Part shown: positions 47,741-58,356 of the stretch, in pieces
How positions within the stretch are numbered: the stretch's first letter is position 1
Layout of the letters: each line of letters starts with the position of its first letter
Assembly (NCBI GenBank): GCA_012842045.1
Contig: DUTP01000003.1
Coordinates: forward strand, 130,532 to 194,531
DNA: 64,000 bases
Reading direction: 5' to 3'
DNA from: Candidatus Dojkabacteria bacterium
GTDB taxonomy: Bacteria > Patescibacteriota > Dojkabacteria > SC72
The notes under the pieces: model-generated
Seen by the model: the letters and a program-made list of their open reading frames with translations, nothing else
Told to the model about the DNA's origin: nothing
Database searches by the model: none
Translations under genes and position numbers: made by a program

Positions 47741-48839
47741 CCTTCAAAAGTTCGTTTTGAATACCATTCCTAACATCTTCGATAATTTCTTGGATATTAC
47801 CATTCAAAACCTCTTCAAGATTATGCCAAGAAAGTTTAACCCTATGGTCTGTAATTCTATTCTGTGGGAAATTGTAAGTTCTAATCTTCTCAGCTCTCAT
47901 ACCAGAACCTATCTGAGAAGACCTTATATCAGACCTTTTCTCTGCCTCTTTCTGCTTCTTTAAATCGTAAAGCCTAGACCTTAAAATTGCCATAGCTTTA
48001 TCTTTATTTTGCTGTTGATGCTTTGTTTCCTGACAACTAACAACAATACCAGAAGGAATATGAGTTATTCTAACAGCAGAATCTGTTCTGTTTACACACT
48101 GACCACCTGCACCAGATGCTCTCATGACATCAATCCTTAAATCAGCAGGATCAATCTCAACATCTACATCTTTTGCTTCTGGTAATATAGCGACAGAAGC
48201 TGTAGAAGTGTGAATTCTGCCAGAAGACTCTGTAGAGGGAACTCTCTGAACTCTATGTACACCACTTTCATACTTTAAATCCTTAAAAACACCATTTCCT
48301 TCTATCTGTGCAATAACTTCCTTGTAGCCACCACCCTCAGTAACATTACTGTCAATAATTCCAATATTCCAACCCTTTGTAGTAGCATAGTTCTTATACA
48401 TTCTAAAAAGATCAGCAGCAAAAAGAGCAGCCTCATCACCACCAGCACCAGCCCTTATCTCAAGAATTACAGACCTATTATCATCTTCATCAACAAACAT
48501 CCTAGAAACTTGAAGGTCATGTATCTCTTTATCTAACACACCAATCCTTTCTTCTAAATTTACAATCTCTTCAAGAGCCATCTCCTTTAACTCTAAATCC
48601 TGTTCATTATCAGCAAGACCTCTAGTACTTTCCAAATCCTCAATAGCTTTCTGTATTTGAGAAGTTTTGAATGCAAGGTCTGAATAATAGGCAAGCTCAG
48701 AACTCAAAAAAGACAAATCCTTTCCTCCATTTGCAACTCCTTCTTGCATTTCTTTTTCAAGTTCCTTTACCTTCTCCTGTGCACTACCATCACTATATTT
48801 TTTCTTTAATGCTTTAACATCCATAGTACATAATACCAA
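47733..48839 (-). CDS. prfA: peptide chain release factor 1
   Basis: GGQ motif [22 protein letters not shown]1-type PST tripeptide ([10 protein letters not shown]). Confidence 0.9.
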   Translation of the reverse strand: MVLCTMDVKALKKKYSDGSAQEKVKELEKEMQEGVANGGKDLSFLSSELAYYSDLAFKTSQIQKAIEDLESTRGLADNEQDLELKEMALEEIVNLEERIGVLDKEIHDLQVSRMFVDEDDNRSVILEIRAGAGGDEAALFAADLFRMYKNYATTKGWNIGIIDSNVTEGGGYKEVIAQIEGNGVFKDLKYESGVHRVQRVPSTESSGRIHTSTASVAILPEAKDVDVEIDPADLRIDVMRASGAGGQCVNRTDSAVRITHIPSGIVVSCQETKHQQQNKDKAMAILRSRLYDLKKQKEAEKRSDIRSSQIGSGMRAEKIRTYNFPQNRITDHRVKLSWHNLEEVLNGNIQEIIEDVRNGIQNELLKDE

Positions 48840-48861
48840 TTAAAACTATCTTGGGGAACTG

Positions 48862-49200
48862 TTACTTAGAGATTTTTGCATTCTCTAACATATCTCTCAA
48901 AGAGAGTGTTGTAGCAGGTTTAGAAGAAAGATTTTCCATCTTCGCTCTTCTCTTTGCCATTTTCTCCTTTTTACTAGAGAATGACATCTTCTTAGATTTC
49001 TCCAATCTCTCCTCAAACTTCCTTACAACATTATCTGTATCAACAATCTTCTGCTCACCAGTATAAAAAGGATGACATTTAGAACAGATATCAATTGTTA
49101 CACTATCATCCTGAAGTGTAGAACCAGTAGTAAAAGAATTGCCACAAGAGCAAGTGACTACCAAATTACTGTTATATTGTGGGTGTATATCTTTTTTCAT
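48862..49200 (-). CDS. rpmE: 50S ribosomal protein L31 (Zn-ribbon type) with Lys-rich C-terminal extension
   Basis: MKKDIHPQY...CSCGNSF...[10 protein letters not shown], then a ~45-aa basic tail. Confidence 0.85.
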   Translation of the reverse strand: MKKDIHPQYNSNLVVTCSCGNSFTTGSTLQDDSVTIDICSKCHPFYTGEQKIVDTDNVVRKFEERLEKSKKMSFSSKKEKMAKRRAKMENLSSKPATTLSLRDMLENAKISK

Positions 49201-49321
49201 AACTAGGGTGGATTATACATTGGGTAATCTGTCATGTCAATTATTAAAACCAAAGAAAATACTTGTGATATTGTATAGATATTGTATACTGTATATATAC
49301 ATATAGATTAGAACTGCCTAC

Positions 49322-50725
49322 ATGAAAAACATTTCAAGAACAAAAATCGTTGCTACAATTGGTCCTTCTACCTGGGGCGATGATATTCTGAAAAATATGT
49401 TCGAAGCAGGAATGAGAGTAGCTAGGATTAACGCTTCTTTTGCTGATTTTGCAGAGTTAACAAGAGTATCAAATCAAATTAGAAATATCTCTCCAAGAAT
49501 TGCACTGATCTTGGATACTCAAGGCACTAAGATTAGGGTAAAAGATTTAACAAAAGAGATTGATGTACAAGACACTTTAATTTTATCTTCTGTAGAGAAT
49601 CCAAATCCTAATGTTGTAAAGATAACATATCCTTCTTTACATGAAGATGTTGTTGTTGGAACAGAAATATTCCTAGATGATGGAAACATCCAATTAAAGG
49701 TCAGAGAGATTAAAGGTAAAAACGTTATCTGTGATGTAACTCAAGCAGGTATACTTAAACCAAATAAGACTGTAAATATTCCCGATGTTAATCTTAAGTT
49801 CCCTCTTCTTACAGAAAAAGATATTCAAGATATTAAATATGCAAAAGAACTAAAATTTGACTACGTATGTGCATCTTTTGTCAGAAACAAGAAAGATATG
49901 CTAGAAGTTAGAAAACTTTTGGAAGGTAGTAAAATTAAAATTATTGCAAAGATTGAGAATAGGGAAGGAGTAGCAAATTTTGATGAAATATTAGAAGAGG
50001 CTGATGCTATTATGGTAGCAAGAGGAGATATGGGAGTAGAATTACCACTTGAAGAAGTTCCTATTTTGCAAAAAGAGATGATTTACAAAGCTAGAGCCAT
50101 CGGTAAGCCCATTATTGTAGCTACACAGATGTTAGAATCTATGAGAGACAACAAGAGACCAACTAGAGCAGAAGTTTCTGATGTTGCAAACGCAGTAATG
50201 GATGGTGCTGATTGCCTTATGCTTTCAGCAGAGACATCCACCGGGAAATATCCCGTAGAAGCTGTTAAATATATGAATAAAATAGCATTAAGAACAGAGC
50301 AAGTTATGAAGCTCTCACCAATCGAAGGGGAGACAGAAGCAGGGAAAGAAGTAGACAGACTAGCATTGACTGCATGTAAATTCTCTACAGAAGTAGGCTA
50401 CAATGCTATCTTAATAGTTTCAGATTCTAAAGGTGTAGTAGGTAGTGTTAGTAGACATAGACCAAATATTCCAATATATGTAGCTAGTTCTTCGTTTGAA
50501 AGTATTAGAGAAAACATCCTATTTAGTGGAGTAAAAACACATTATATTAAAGAGCTATCCGATGATAGAGATAACAATATTAGGTTGGGGGTAGAAAAAA
50601 TATATGCCTCTGGGGAGTTGGAATTATTGGATAAAATTGCTATTATTAGCGGTAGCTCTATTAAAAACAAGAAATCTGACAGTATTTTAGAAATTATTAC
50701 TGTCAAAGATGTACTTGATTCTTAA
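49322..50725 (+). CDS. pyk: pyruvate kinase
   Basis: KIVATIGPS, ARINASF, MVARGDMGVE, TQMLESM motifs; 467 aa. Confidence 0.9.
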   Translation: MKNISRTKIVATIGPSTWGDDILKNMFEAGMRVARINASFADFAELTRVSNQIRNISPRIALILDTQGTKIRVKDLTKEIDVQDTLILSSVENPNPNVVKITYPSLHEDVVVGTEIFLDDGNIQLKVREIKGKNVICDVTQAGILKPNKTVNIPDVNLKFPLLTEKDIQDIKYAKELKFDYVCASFVRNKKDMLEVRKLLEGSKIKIIAKIENREGVANFDEILEEADAIMVARGDMGVELPLEEVPILQKEMIYKARAIGKPIIVATQMLESMRDNKRPTRAEVSDVANAVMDGADCLMLSAETSTGKYPVEAVKYMNKIALRTEQVMKLSPIEGETEAGKEVDRLALTACKFSTEVGYNAILIVSDSKGVVGSVSRHRPNIPIYVASSSFESIRENILFSGVKTHYIKELSDDRDNNIRLGVEKIYASGELELLDKIAIISGSSIKNKKSDSILEIITVKDVLDS

Positions 50726-50798
50726 GGTGACGTAGCCAAGTTGGTTAAGGCCGTGGTCTGCAAAACCATTATCACGGGTTCGATTCCCGTCGTCACCT
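50726..50798 (+). tRNA. tRNA-Cys (GCA)
   Basis: Manual fold: acceptor GGUGACG/CGUCACC, anticodon stem GUGGU/ACCAU with loop CUGCAAA, T-arm ACGGG-UUCGAUU-CCCGU, discriminator U. Begins at the first base after the pyk stop codon. Confidence 0.85.
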
Positions 50799-50841
50799 TA
50801 TTTTCAAAATCTTCTGTTTTTGATAAAATACTTATTACTAA

Positions 50842-50925
50842 GCAGGAATGGCGGAATAGGCAGACGCGCGGGACTTAAAATCCCGTTCTAGCAATAGAGT
50901 GAGAGTTCGATTCTCTCTTCCTGCA
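50842..50925 (+). tRNA. tRNA-Leu (UAA), class II with long variable arm
   Basis: Acceptor GCAGGAA/UUCCUGC, anticodon stem CGGGA/UCCCG with loop CUUAAAA, 17-nt variable arm, T-arm GAGAG-UUCGAUU-CUCUC, discriminator A. Confidence 0.85.
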
Positions 50926-50955
50926 TTTCACTATTAATCTCCCTAAATTACAACA

Positions 50956-52245
50956 CTACAAATACTCAGTAACAATTGGTCCTGCATTTTTAATTTCTGG
51001 TATAAATGTAGCTGTATTAGTTTTTAAATCAAATATACTGATACCTAAAACATTATAATCCATCATCCCTTCACAATCATTAGTACAATTCTCTATACTT
51101 GTAAAAACAACAGTGCTTTCATTAACCCAAAGAGGATCTAATCCTAAATCTGCAAGCTTTTCATTTTTTCCATTCTCATCATTATACAACCATACCTGTT
51201 TTGTAGGATAAACATTGTAAACTATTTTCTTTGTACCATACAAAACATTAGGTAGATAAGAAGCATCAACTACGCCATTAATCTTCTCAGATTTCTTTGT
51301 TTTGACATTATAGATATATAACCCATCACCTTTTTGATTTTCCTCATCGTAGCTTCGATAAACGATAAGTTCTGAATCCATCCACTGAGGCTGTGTTGCA
51401 TTTTCGATAACATCTTTCTTATCATTACTCAAATCATATACATGAACAGTAGGATCCATAATAGCTCTAGGAGAAGCTGTTGAAATCTGTAGAAGATATT
51501 TCTTATCTGGAGAGAATGCAACCTTACTACTATCTTCAACAAAACCACCTCGTCCAAATTCACCAGTCATAGTAATATCCTCTAACTTCTTTACAACACC
51601 ATTATTCTCATAAACTAAACTCCACTTATTACCATCAAAAAATGTATATGCAAACTTTGTTGCAGTTGCGAAAGTAGCTCCAGAGGAGTGCTCACTCTTA
51701 CCTAGTTTCTTCCTCTCCTCAACCTTCATAGTATCTGTATTCAATGTAAGTAGAGCACATCCATAGTCTCCTTCTATCGTAAGGCATCTGGTAAAGCCTA
51801 TCAGTTTTTCATCTATCACATTAGAAATACCAATATTAGCAGAGGTCTCCGAGTAAGATGTCAACTTTTTATTCTCTTTAGTAGTAATATCATAAGAAAA
51901 TATATTACCGTCCTTAACATAGAACAACTTGTTTAGAGCCTTTGTTTTTTTACTCGTGACAACTTTTTTCTCTACCACCTTTTCTTTTTCTCCCAACTCC
52001 TTCACTACAACTCCACCATCTTCATCAGCAACAATATCAACTTCTTTGTCCTGCTTAACGGACTTCATAATAAAGGCGTATGTACCTCCAACGACGAACA
52101 ACAAGCCAAGAATTACCAAAAGAACCACTAACCAAGTTTTAGGCTTGGGTTTTGCAGTCAATGTTGGAATACTAGGCTCTGTGTTTACACCTCCTTCATC
52201 AGCAACTGGGGGGACGGAAGAAACTTCAACACTTTGATTCTCCAT
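50956..52245 (-). CDS. membrane-anchored protein with TolB-like/PD40 beta-propeller-type repeats (hypothetical)
   Basis: N-terminal TM, recurring DGxxIxY / SPDKKYLL / DGLYIYN-type blades; low confidence in family. Confidence 0.45.
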   Translation of the reverse strand: MENQSVEVSSVPPVADEGGVNTEPSIPTLTAKPKPKTWLVVLLVILGLLFVVGGTYAFIMKSVKQDKEVDIVADEDGGVVVKELGEKEKVVEKKVVTSKKTKALNKLFYVKDGNIFSYDITTKENKKLTSYSETSANIGISNVIDEKLIGFTRCLTIEGDYGCALLTLNTDTMKVEERKKLGKSEHSSGATFATATKFAYTFFDGNKWSLVYENNGVVKKLEDITMTGEFGRGGFVEDSSKVAFSPDKKYLLQISTASPRAIMDPTVHVYDLSNDKKDVIENATQPQWMDSELIVYRSYDEENQKGDGLYIYNVKTKKSEKINGVVDASYLPNVLYGTKKIVYNVYPTKQVWLYNDENGKNEKLADLGLDPLWVNESTVVFTSIENCTNDCEGMMDYNVLGISIFDLKTNTATFIPEIKNAGPIVTEYL

Positions 52246-52273
52246 ATAAATATTGTTAAAAATTTAAATAGAA

Positions 52274-52516
52274 CTAATCGACATCATCAAATTTATCGGG
52301 GTTACTATTCCCACACTTAGGACACTCTTTTATTTGCAACATACCCTCATAGACATAACCACAAACCATACACCTCCATCTTGACCAAATCACATCTAAA
52401 TCCTCTCTCTGCTCATTGGGGTTTTGTTTGTTGAACTCCATTGGTATATCAGTAGGTACAGAGTTCTGATTAGCCTGAGTGTTCTGAATTTTCTGATTAT
52501 TTAACATATCCGCCAT
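52274..52516 (-). CDS. rubredoxin-domain protein with Gln/Asn-rich N-terminal extension
   Basis: C-terminal WRCMVCGYVYEG...CPKCG (two CxxC knuckles). Overlaps the cmk gene by 20 nt. Confidence 0.7.
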   Translation of the reverse strand: MADMLNNQKIQNTQANQNSVPTDIPMEFNKQNPNEQREDLDVIWSRWRCMVCGYVYEGMLQIKECPKCGNSNPDKFDDVD

Positions 52517-53099
52517 CTTTTACCTTTTCTAAAATCAACTTAAAAGTCTCACTCTCATTAATATGAGATGTATCTAAAACAATATCATTATATTTCTCTG
52601 GCTTGGAATACTCAACCTCATATAACTCCCAATACCTCTTTCCATCAGCTCTTCTCCTATTTGCAAGATTAAACAGAGTGGAAACATACAAAAATATCTT
52701 CTTGAAGAAAGGCAATTCTCCATGTTTACCAACTAATCTTTTTGCTCTAACAGGAAGAGATGACTCTAACCATATCTTCACTGTACACTCTATACCTTCC
52801 TTAGTAGCTATTGCTGCAAAGGCCTTGGAATCAAAAAGAACTCCCCTTTGCCTAGCTCTTTCTATCATATATTTATCAACTTCTCTATCAATATCAAAAA
52901 ACATCTCTGGAGTAGCTTTAAGGTAAAATTCTTCCAAACTCTTATATCCCAAAGCTTCAACCTTTTCCCTAAAAACACCACCAGCATAAACTCTCTCTAA
53001 GTCAAAATGTTCGGAAAGCATTTTAGCTATTGTACTAGCACCACTACTACCAGGACCTCCTACAACTATTAATAAATTCTCTTTCTTTAGATTCTTCAT
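52497..53099 (-). CDS. cmk: cytidylate kinase, archaeal-type short form
   Basis: P-loop LLIVVGGPGSSGASTIAKMLSEHF; about 200 aa, typical of the short (archaeal/CPR) CMP kinase family. Confidence 0.65.
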   Translation of the reverse strand: MKNLKKENLLIVVGGPGSSGASTIAKMLSEHFDLERVYAGGVFREKVEALGYKSLEEFYLKATPEMFFDIDREVDKYMIERARQRGVLFDSKAFAAIATKEGIECTVKIWLESSLPVRAKRLVGKHGELPFFKKIFLYVSTLFNLANRRRADGKRYWELYEVEYSKPEKYNDIVLDTSHINESETFKLILEKVKDGGYVK

Positions 53100-53135
53100 A
53101 AATTCCTACATATATAGTATATTAATAGGAGGAAT

Positions 53136-54314
53136 ATGTCTAGTCTACTAAGAAAACAAAGAAAAAAGAAATTGACACCTGATATATATATTATCTACTT
53201 CACTATCCTAATGATGATTTTCGGTGCGATTATGATTTTTGACGCAAGCGTCTATATGGCAAATGCTACTAAAGGAGACTCTCTATATTACCTAAAACAA
53301 CAATTAATGTGGATTGGTGTTGGCTCTTTTCTGGCAATAATCCTCTACTTTTGGGATTACAGAAAACTAATGAAACTTTCACCTCTTTTCTTTGGCTTAG
53401 CTACTATACTCCTTGTATTAGTACTAATATTTGGGAAAGATATCAATGGCTCCAAAAGATGGTTTGAATTTGGTTTCTTTCCACGAATTCAGCCAGCCGA
53501 ATTCGCCAAACCTGCTTTCATTCTTTACCTGGCGAGCTGGATATCAGGGAATCCTTACTTCAAAGACCAATCGAAAAACCCATCAAAACAAGCGTTCTTT
53601 AAAACACTACTTAGTTTTCTAGCAATTGTAGGAATAATGGTAATTTTAATAGCTCTAGAGCCCGACTACGGTACTGCAGCTATTCTTACTTTTATCGCAT
53701 TGGCTATGTTCTTCTCTGCAAAGGACGGAAAGAATCATAGAAAATACTCCATAATTACCCTGATAACAACTATAGTACTTGGTTTTGGTGCTATGATGAT
53801 GAAGACTTACAGAAGAAAAAGAATTGGTACATATTTGCACCTTTTAAGAACAGGAGAAATAGCTGATGTTAGAGAAACTGGATATCAACTACATCAAATA
53901 TTAATAGGAATCGGTTCTGCTGGTTTCTTTGGTAAAGGATTTGGTCAATCAAGACAGAGATTTGGATATTTAGTAGAAAACACAGCTTTCACGGATTCTA
54001 TCTTTGCAGTAATACTAGAAGAGTTAGGTTTTTTAGGTGGATTAATATTAGTTGGTGTATGGATATTTTTCCTCTGGAGAGGATTTAAGGTTGCAAATAA
54101 CGCTCCTGATAAAGCAGGAAAAATATTAGCAATTGGTATTACAGTCTGGTTAACATTTCAAACATTTCTAAATATGTCAGCAAACGTAGGTCTAATACCA
54201 ATCACAGGAATACCTATACCTTTGTTATCTTATGGTGGTTCTAGTACAATTGCAACAATGATAGGGTTAGGAATGTTAATAAATATTAGTAAGTATTCTA
54301 AGAAAAATGCATAA
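53136..54314 (+). CDS. ftsW: SEDS-family peptidoglycan glycosyltransferase FtsW/RodA
   Basis: Ten-TM SEDS topology, conserved TDSIFAV...EELGFLGG and PLLSYGGSS regions. Confidence 0.85.
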   Translation: MSSLLRKQRKKKLTPDIYIIYFTILMMIFGAIMIFDASVYMANATKGDSLYYLKQQLMWIGVGSFLAIILYFWDYRKLMKLSPLFFGLATILLVLVLIFGKDINGSKRWFEFGFFPRIQPAEFAKPAFILYLASWISGNPYFKDQSKNPSKQAFFKTLLSFLAIVGIMVILIALEPDYGTAAILTFIALAMFFSAKDGKNHRKYSIITLITTIVLGFGAMMMKTYRRKRIGTYLHLLRTGEIADVRETGYQLHQILIGIGSAGFFGKGFGQSRQRFGYLVENTAFTDSIFAVILEELGFLGGLILVGVWIFFLWRGFKVANNAPDKAGKILAIGITVWLTFQTFLNMSANVGLIPITGIPIPLLSYGGSSTIATMIGLGMLINISKYSKKNA

Positions 54315-55482
54315 AGAGCCAAAGAAAGTTTTAACAAAAAGAGTTGTGGTAACAGGAGGTGGTTCAGGAGGACATATTTCTTCTGCTAAAGCCATTATTA
54401 AAGAACTAGACGAAAGATATACACTAAATCCAAACAATTTCCTTTACATTGGAAGTGACCTAGGAACAGAGAAAGAGAAACCAGGGAATTCTCTTGAAAT
54501 GAGAGTTTTCGCAAATGAGAAGTTTGAAAAAAAATATATTAGAGGAGGAAAACTACAAAGATATTTCAATATGAGAACTATCTACCTCTTGTTTAGAACT
54601 ATACTCGGCTTCATTGATACATTTAAAATCTTCAGAATTTTCAAACCAGATATTGTAATATCAACAGGAGGTTTTGTATCGGTCCCTGTCTGTTTGGTAG
54701 CAAGACTGTTTAAAGCTGATATATATCTCCATGAACAGACAGCAAGTGTTGGTTTAACAAATAGGATTGTAGGGAAATTTGCAAAAAAGATATTCTTAGC
54801 ATACCCATTATCACAAGAGTATTTTCCAAAAGAAAGAACTATTTACACAGGTAATCCTGTTAGGAATGAAGTGTTTCAAGAGGGTGGCACTGGACCATTG
54901 GTAGAACAAGTTAGGAAGATGCTAGAAATCCAAGAAGAATATCCAATTATCTATGTTTCAGGAGGAAGCTTGGGGTCTCATCTCATTAATCAAGCTATAA
55001 AAGAGTCGCTAGTACCTTTACTACACGACTTTCAGATAATTTTACAAACAGGCGATAGTAAAGCTACAAATGATTACAATATCATGTGTTTAGAAAAAGA
55101 GAAATTGGAAGAGAGCTTTAAGGATAGATTTGTTGTAACAAAGTATGTTGATAATGACGCAATTGGCTTTGTTTTAAATAATACAGATTTCTTCCTAGGT
55201 AGGGCAGGTGCAAATACGGTATATGAAATGGGAGTTTTACAAATTCCTTCTATACTTATCCCAATACCATGGGTTACAAACAACGAACAACAAAAGAATG
55301 CCGAAGTACTAAAGAGTACTGGTTTAGCAACAATCATATCTGAAGCGGAATTAACACCCGAGAAATTACAGATGACTGTCAATCTATTTACCAGAAAAGA
55401 GTTAGATGTTAATTTAAAAAAGATAAAAGATATTTTCGTGCTTAACGCACAGAAGAAAATCGTAGATAATATTAATTTTTAA
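54307..55482 (+). CDS. murG: UDP-GlcNAc:undecaprenyl-PP-MurNAc-pentapeptide GlcNAc transferase
   Basis: VVVTGGGSGGHISSA (GGTGGH motif), C-terminal GRAGANTVYE; 8-nt overlap with ftsW. Confidence 0.85.
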   Translation: MHKEPKKVLTKRVVVTGGGSGGHISSAKAIIKELDERYTLNPNNFLYIGSDLGTEKEKPGNSLEMRVFANEKFEKKYIRGGKLQRYFNMRTIYLLFRTILGFIDTFKIFRIFKPDIVISTGGFVSVPVCLVARLFKADIYLHEQTASVGLTNRIVGKFAKKIFLAYPLSQEYFPKERTIYTGNPVRNEVFQEGGTGPLVEQVRKMLEIQEEYPIIYVSGGSLGSHLINQAIKESLVPLLHDFQIILQTGDSKATNDYNIMCLEKEKLEESFKDRFVVTKYVDNDAIGFVLNNTDFFLGRAGANTVYEMGVLQIPSILIPIPWVTNNEQQKNAEVLKSTGLATIISEAELTPEKLQMTVNLFTRKELDVNLKKIKDIFVLNAQKKIVDNINF

Positions 55483-55488
55483 TAAAAT

Positions 55489-56781
55489 ATGTCAAATCTT
55501 TTAGTCAGAGGTGGAAATGTCTTAAGTGGTGAAATAACACCGGCAGGGAATAAAAACTCTGCTCTTCCGATTCTGTGTGCTTCTCTTTTAACAGATGAGG
55601 ATGTAACTATTCGTAACTTCCCTGATTTAACTGATGTGGAGAAACTAATCGAGCTTCTTTCTCAACTTGGTTCAAAAATTGATTGGAACAAAGAAGAGTG
55701 TGTTCTTAAAATTAACAACAGTGAATTTAAGAAAGAATTTGGCGACGAAGGATTCCCCATGGGTATGAGAGGATCCATCCTTCTACTTGGTCCTCTTGCA
55801 ACTAGAATGGAACATATTGAGGTGAGAAAAGAAATTGGTGGGTGTACTCTTGGTATTAGAGAACTAGATCCACACCTAGAGATTCTACAAGGATTAGGTG
55901 CAGAGATAATAGATGGAGAAAAGTTAAGTATTAACACCTCAAAAGGACTAAAAGCAACCACTCTTTGGCAGGATTACATGAGTGTAACAACTACAGAAAA
56001 CTTCGCTATGGCAGCTAGCAAGGCGGATGGCACATCCATAATGACAAATGCAGCATCAGAACCACATGTACAAGACCTATGTAATTTCCTAGTTAGCATG
56101 GGGGCAAAGATAAAGGGAATAGGGACATCGACATTAGAAGTTACAGGTGTAGATAAATTGCATGGTACTGATTTTACAATTTCTTCTGACCATCATGAGA
56201 TAACAACATTACTTGCACTTGGAGCTATGACAGGAGGAAATATTAAAGTTAAAAATGCAGTACCCGAACACTTCCCGTTAATAGTTAAAACATTTAAAAA
56301 ATTTGGAGTTAATGTTAAGTATTCAGGTAACGATGCTTACATCGAAGGAGGAGATGAATTAAGAATCTTAGAGCCTTACACAAAAAACATGCTTCAAAAG
56401 GTTGAAGCTGCTCCATGGCCATACTTCCCAACGGATCTCCTACCATTAATGATAGCATTAGCAGTGAAATCAGATGGCAATATTATGTTCTGGAACAAAC
56501 TCTACGAAGGAGGACTTTTCTGGATTACAGAGATGATAAAGTTTGGAGCACATATTGTAATGTGTGATCCACATAGAATAATTGTATTTGGTAACAAACC
56601 TCTTCAACCAGCTACAGTTGATAGCCCTAATATCATTCGAGCAACTGTTGCATTAATGATGGTTGCACTTACAATAGAAGGGGAGAGTGTTATCAGAAAT
56701 GCAGATTCAATTAAAAGGGCTCACCCAAACTTTGTAGAAAACTTACAAAAACTAGGTGCTGATATCTCTTGGGTTGATTAA
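55489..56781 (+). CDS. murA: UDP-N-acetylglucosamine 1-carboxyvinyltransferase
   Basis: MSNLLVRGGNVLSGEITPAGNKNSALPIL N-terminus, full-length EPT fold (430 aa). Confidence 0.9.
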   Translation: MSNLLVRGGNVLSGEITPAGNKNSALPILCASLLTDEDVTIRNFPDLTDVEKLIELLSQLGSKIDWNKEECVLKINNSEFKKEFGDEGFPMGMRGSILLLGPLATRMEHIEVRKEIGGCTLGIRELDPHLEILQGLGAEIIDGEKLSINTSKGLKATTLWQDYMSVTTTENFAMAASKADGTSIMTNAASEPHVQDLCNFLVSMGAKIKGIGTSTLEVTGVDKLHGTDFTISSDHHEITTLLALGAMTGGNIKVKNAVPEHFPLIVKTFKKFGVNVKYSGNDAYIEGGDELRILEPYTKNMLQKVEAAPWPYFPTDLLPLMIALAVKSDGNIMFWNKLYEGGLFWITEMIKFGAHIVMCDPHRIIVFGNKPLQPATVDSPNIIRATVALMMVALTIEGESVIRNADSIKRAHPNFVENLQKLGADISWVD

Positions 56782-58214
56782 AACACTCCTAGCTTTTTAA
56801 GAAAATCTGGAACTTGATACAAACCTAAAGAATGACTACCTTTAAGTAGGATAGCAACTTTCTTGCCACCTAAGCCTGCAAGCTTTGTGTTTAGCATAGC
56901 AGCAGCTTCATCAGCTGACTCTAACTCCTTAGCATCTTTAAACTTATCTATATTTTCCCCAATATAGTACAACTCATTAAAATTCTTGCTCTCTACTAAC
57001 TTTGCAATCTCTTCATGTCTCTCATCAGAAACATCACCTAATTCTTTCATATCTCCTAATATTGCAATTGTATAATATCCATCTTTATACAAATCACTAA
57101 AGGTATCTAAAGCCATCTCCATCGATGTAGGATTAGCATTGTATGCATCGTTGATAATAGTAATGTCTCCATATTCTAACTTCTCAAATCTAGCATTCTT
57201 TGACACATAATTAGCAATATCCTTCACACAATTATCTATACTTACTCCTAAATCATTAGCAACTATAATTGCTGCCATTGCATTGTATACATAACCTTCT
57301 CCGTAAACTTTCAAAGAAACATCAACCAGATTATCGTGATAGTATCTAAACTTAAAATGAGTACCTTCATGATCTACAGAGATATCTTCTATCTGGTATT
57401 CTGCTGAAGAGTCCTTACCAAATGTTATTAATTCAGAGTCTTTATTATAATTTTCTGCAATATGCTTAAGCCTAGAATCATCAATATTTAACACTAAGGG
57501 CTTACCAGTCCTCTCCATATAGTCGGCAAGATCTTTTTTCTCTTGAAAAATATCATCTATAGAACCAACTTTCTCTGCATGTACATCTCCAACATTTAGT
57601 AACACACCATAATCAGGGTCTACTGACATCACATGCCAAGCAATCTCTCCCTTTCTATCCATACCACACTCTAAAACAATTACATCTTCACCATTATAAT
57701 TACCTAACAATACAGCATTACCCCATACTGTATTGTACCTATCTGCTGATAGAACACTCATGTGATTTTTTAGAATAGAAACCAACATCTCTTTTGTTGT
57801 TGTTTTACCAGTACTACCAGTAATTGCTACAACTGGATTTTTAATATAACCAATAGAGTAGTTTAGAACTTTCTTTAAACCTTCCTCTATACTATCAACT
57901 AAAATAACTGGCTTTGTTACATCCTCTATATACTTAACTTTAGACTTCTCACATAAAGCAACAGAACCACCAGCTCGAAGAGCTTCTGCTATGAAAGCAT
58001 GACCATCGAACCTCTCTCCAACTATTGGTATATATAAATCTCCTTCATTAATTTCTCTTGAATCATGGGAAAAACCTGTGAAGTAGGCTTTTTCATCATT
58101 ATTCCGAATCTCAAATTCAGGGAATCTTTCTAATAACTCACTTAAAAAAATCTTCATATTGATAAGACTAATTTTATCTAAATACAATATATGTATTCTA
58201 GTTAGATTTTTCAA
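56778..58214 (-). CDS. murF: UDP-MurNAc-tripeptide--D-Ala-D-Ala ligase
   Basis: FTGFSHDSREI, P-loop AITGSTGKTTTKEM, Mur-ligase C-terminal domain. Convergent with murA (4-nt overlap). Confidence 0.85.
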   Translation of the reverse strand: MKNLTRIHILYLDKISLINMKIFLSELLERFPEFEIRNNDEKAYFTGFSHDSREINEGDLYIPIVGERFDGHAFIAEALRAGGSVALCEKSKVKYIEDVTKPVILVDSIEEGLKKVLNYSIGYIKNPVVAITGSTGKTTTKEMLVSILKNHMSVLSADRYNTVWGNAVLLGNYNGEDVIVLECGMDRKGEIAWHVMSVDPDYGVLLNVGDVHAEKVGSIDDIFQEKKDLADYMERTGKPLVLNIDDSRLKHIAENYNKDSELITFGKDSSAEYQIEDISVDHEGTHFKFRYYHDNLVDVSLKVYGEGYVYNAMAAIIVANDLGVSIDNCVKDIANYVSKNARFEKLEYGDITIINDAYNANPTSMEMALDTFSDLYKDGYYTIAILGDMKELGDVSDERHEEIAKLVESKNFNELYYIGENIDKFKDAKELESADEAAAMLNTKLAGLGGKKVAILLKGSHSLGLYQVPDFLKKLGVF

Positions 58215-58356
58215 GCTAGACAGTGATCTTCAAGATGTTATGGCCTAGAGAATTATATCTAAGCTTATAATGTTTTTCTCTTGACTGTTTTAATAGTTAC
58301 AAGTACACTGGTGGCAGGAAGTGGAAGAAAGTGGTGAAAGATGATAGAATAAAAAT

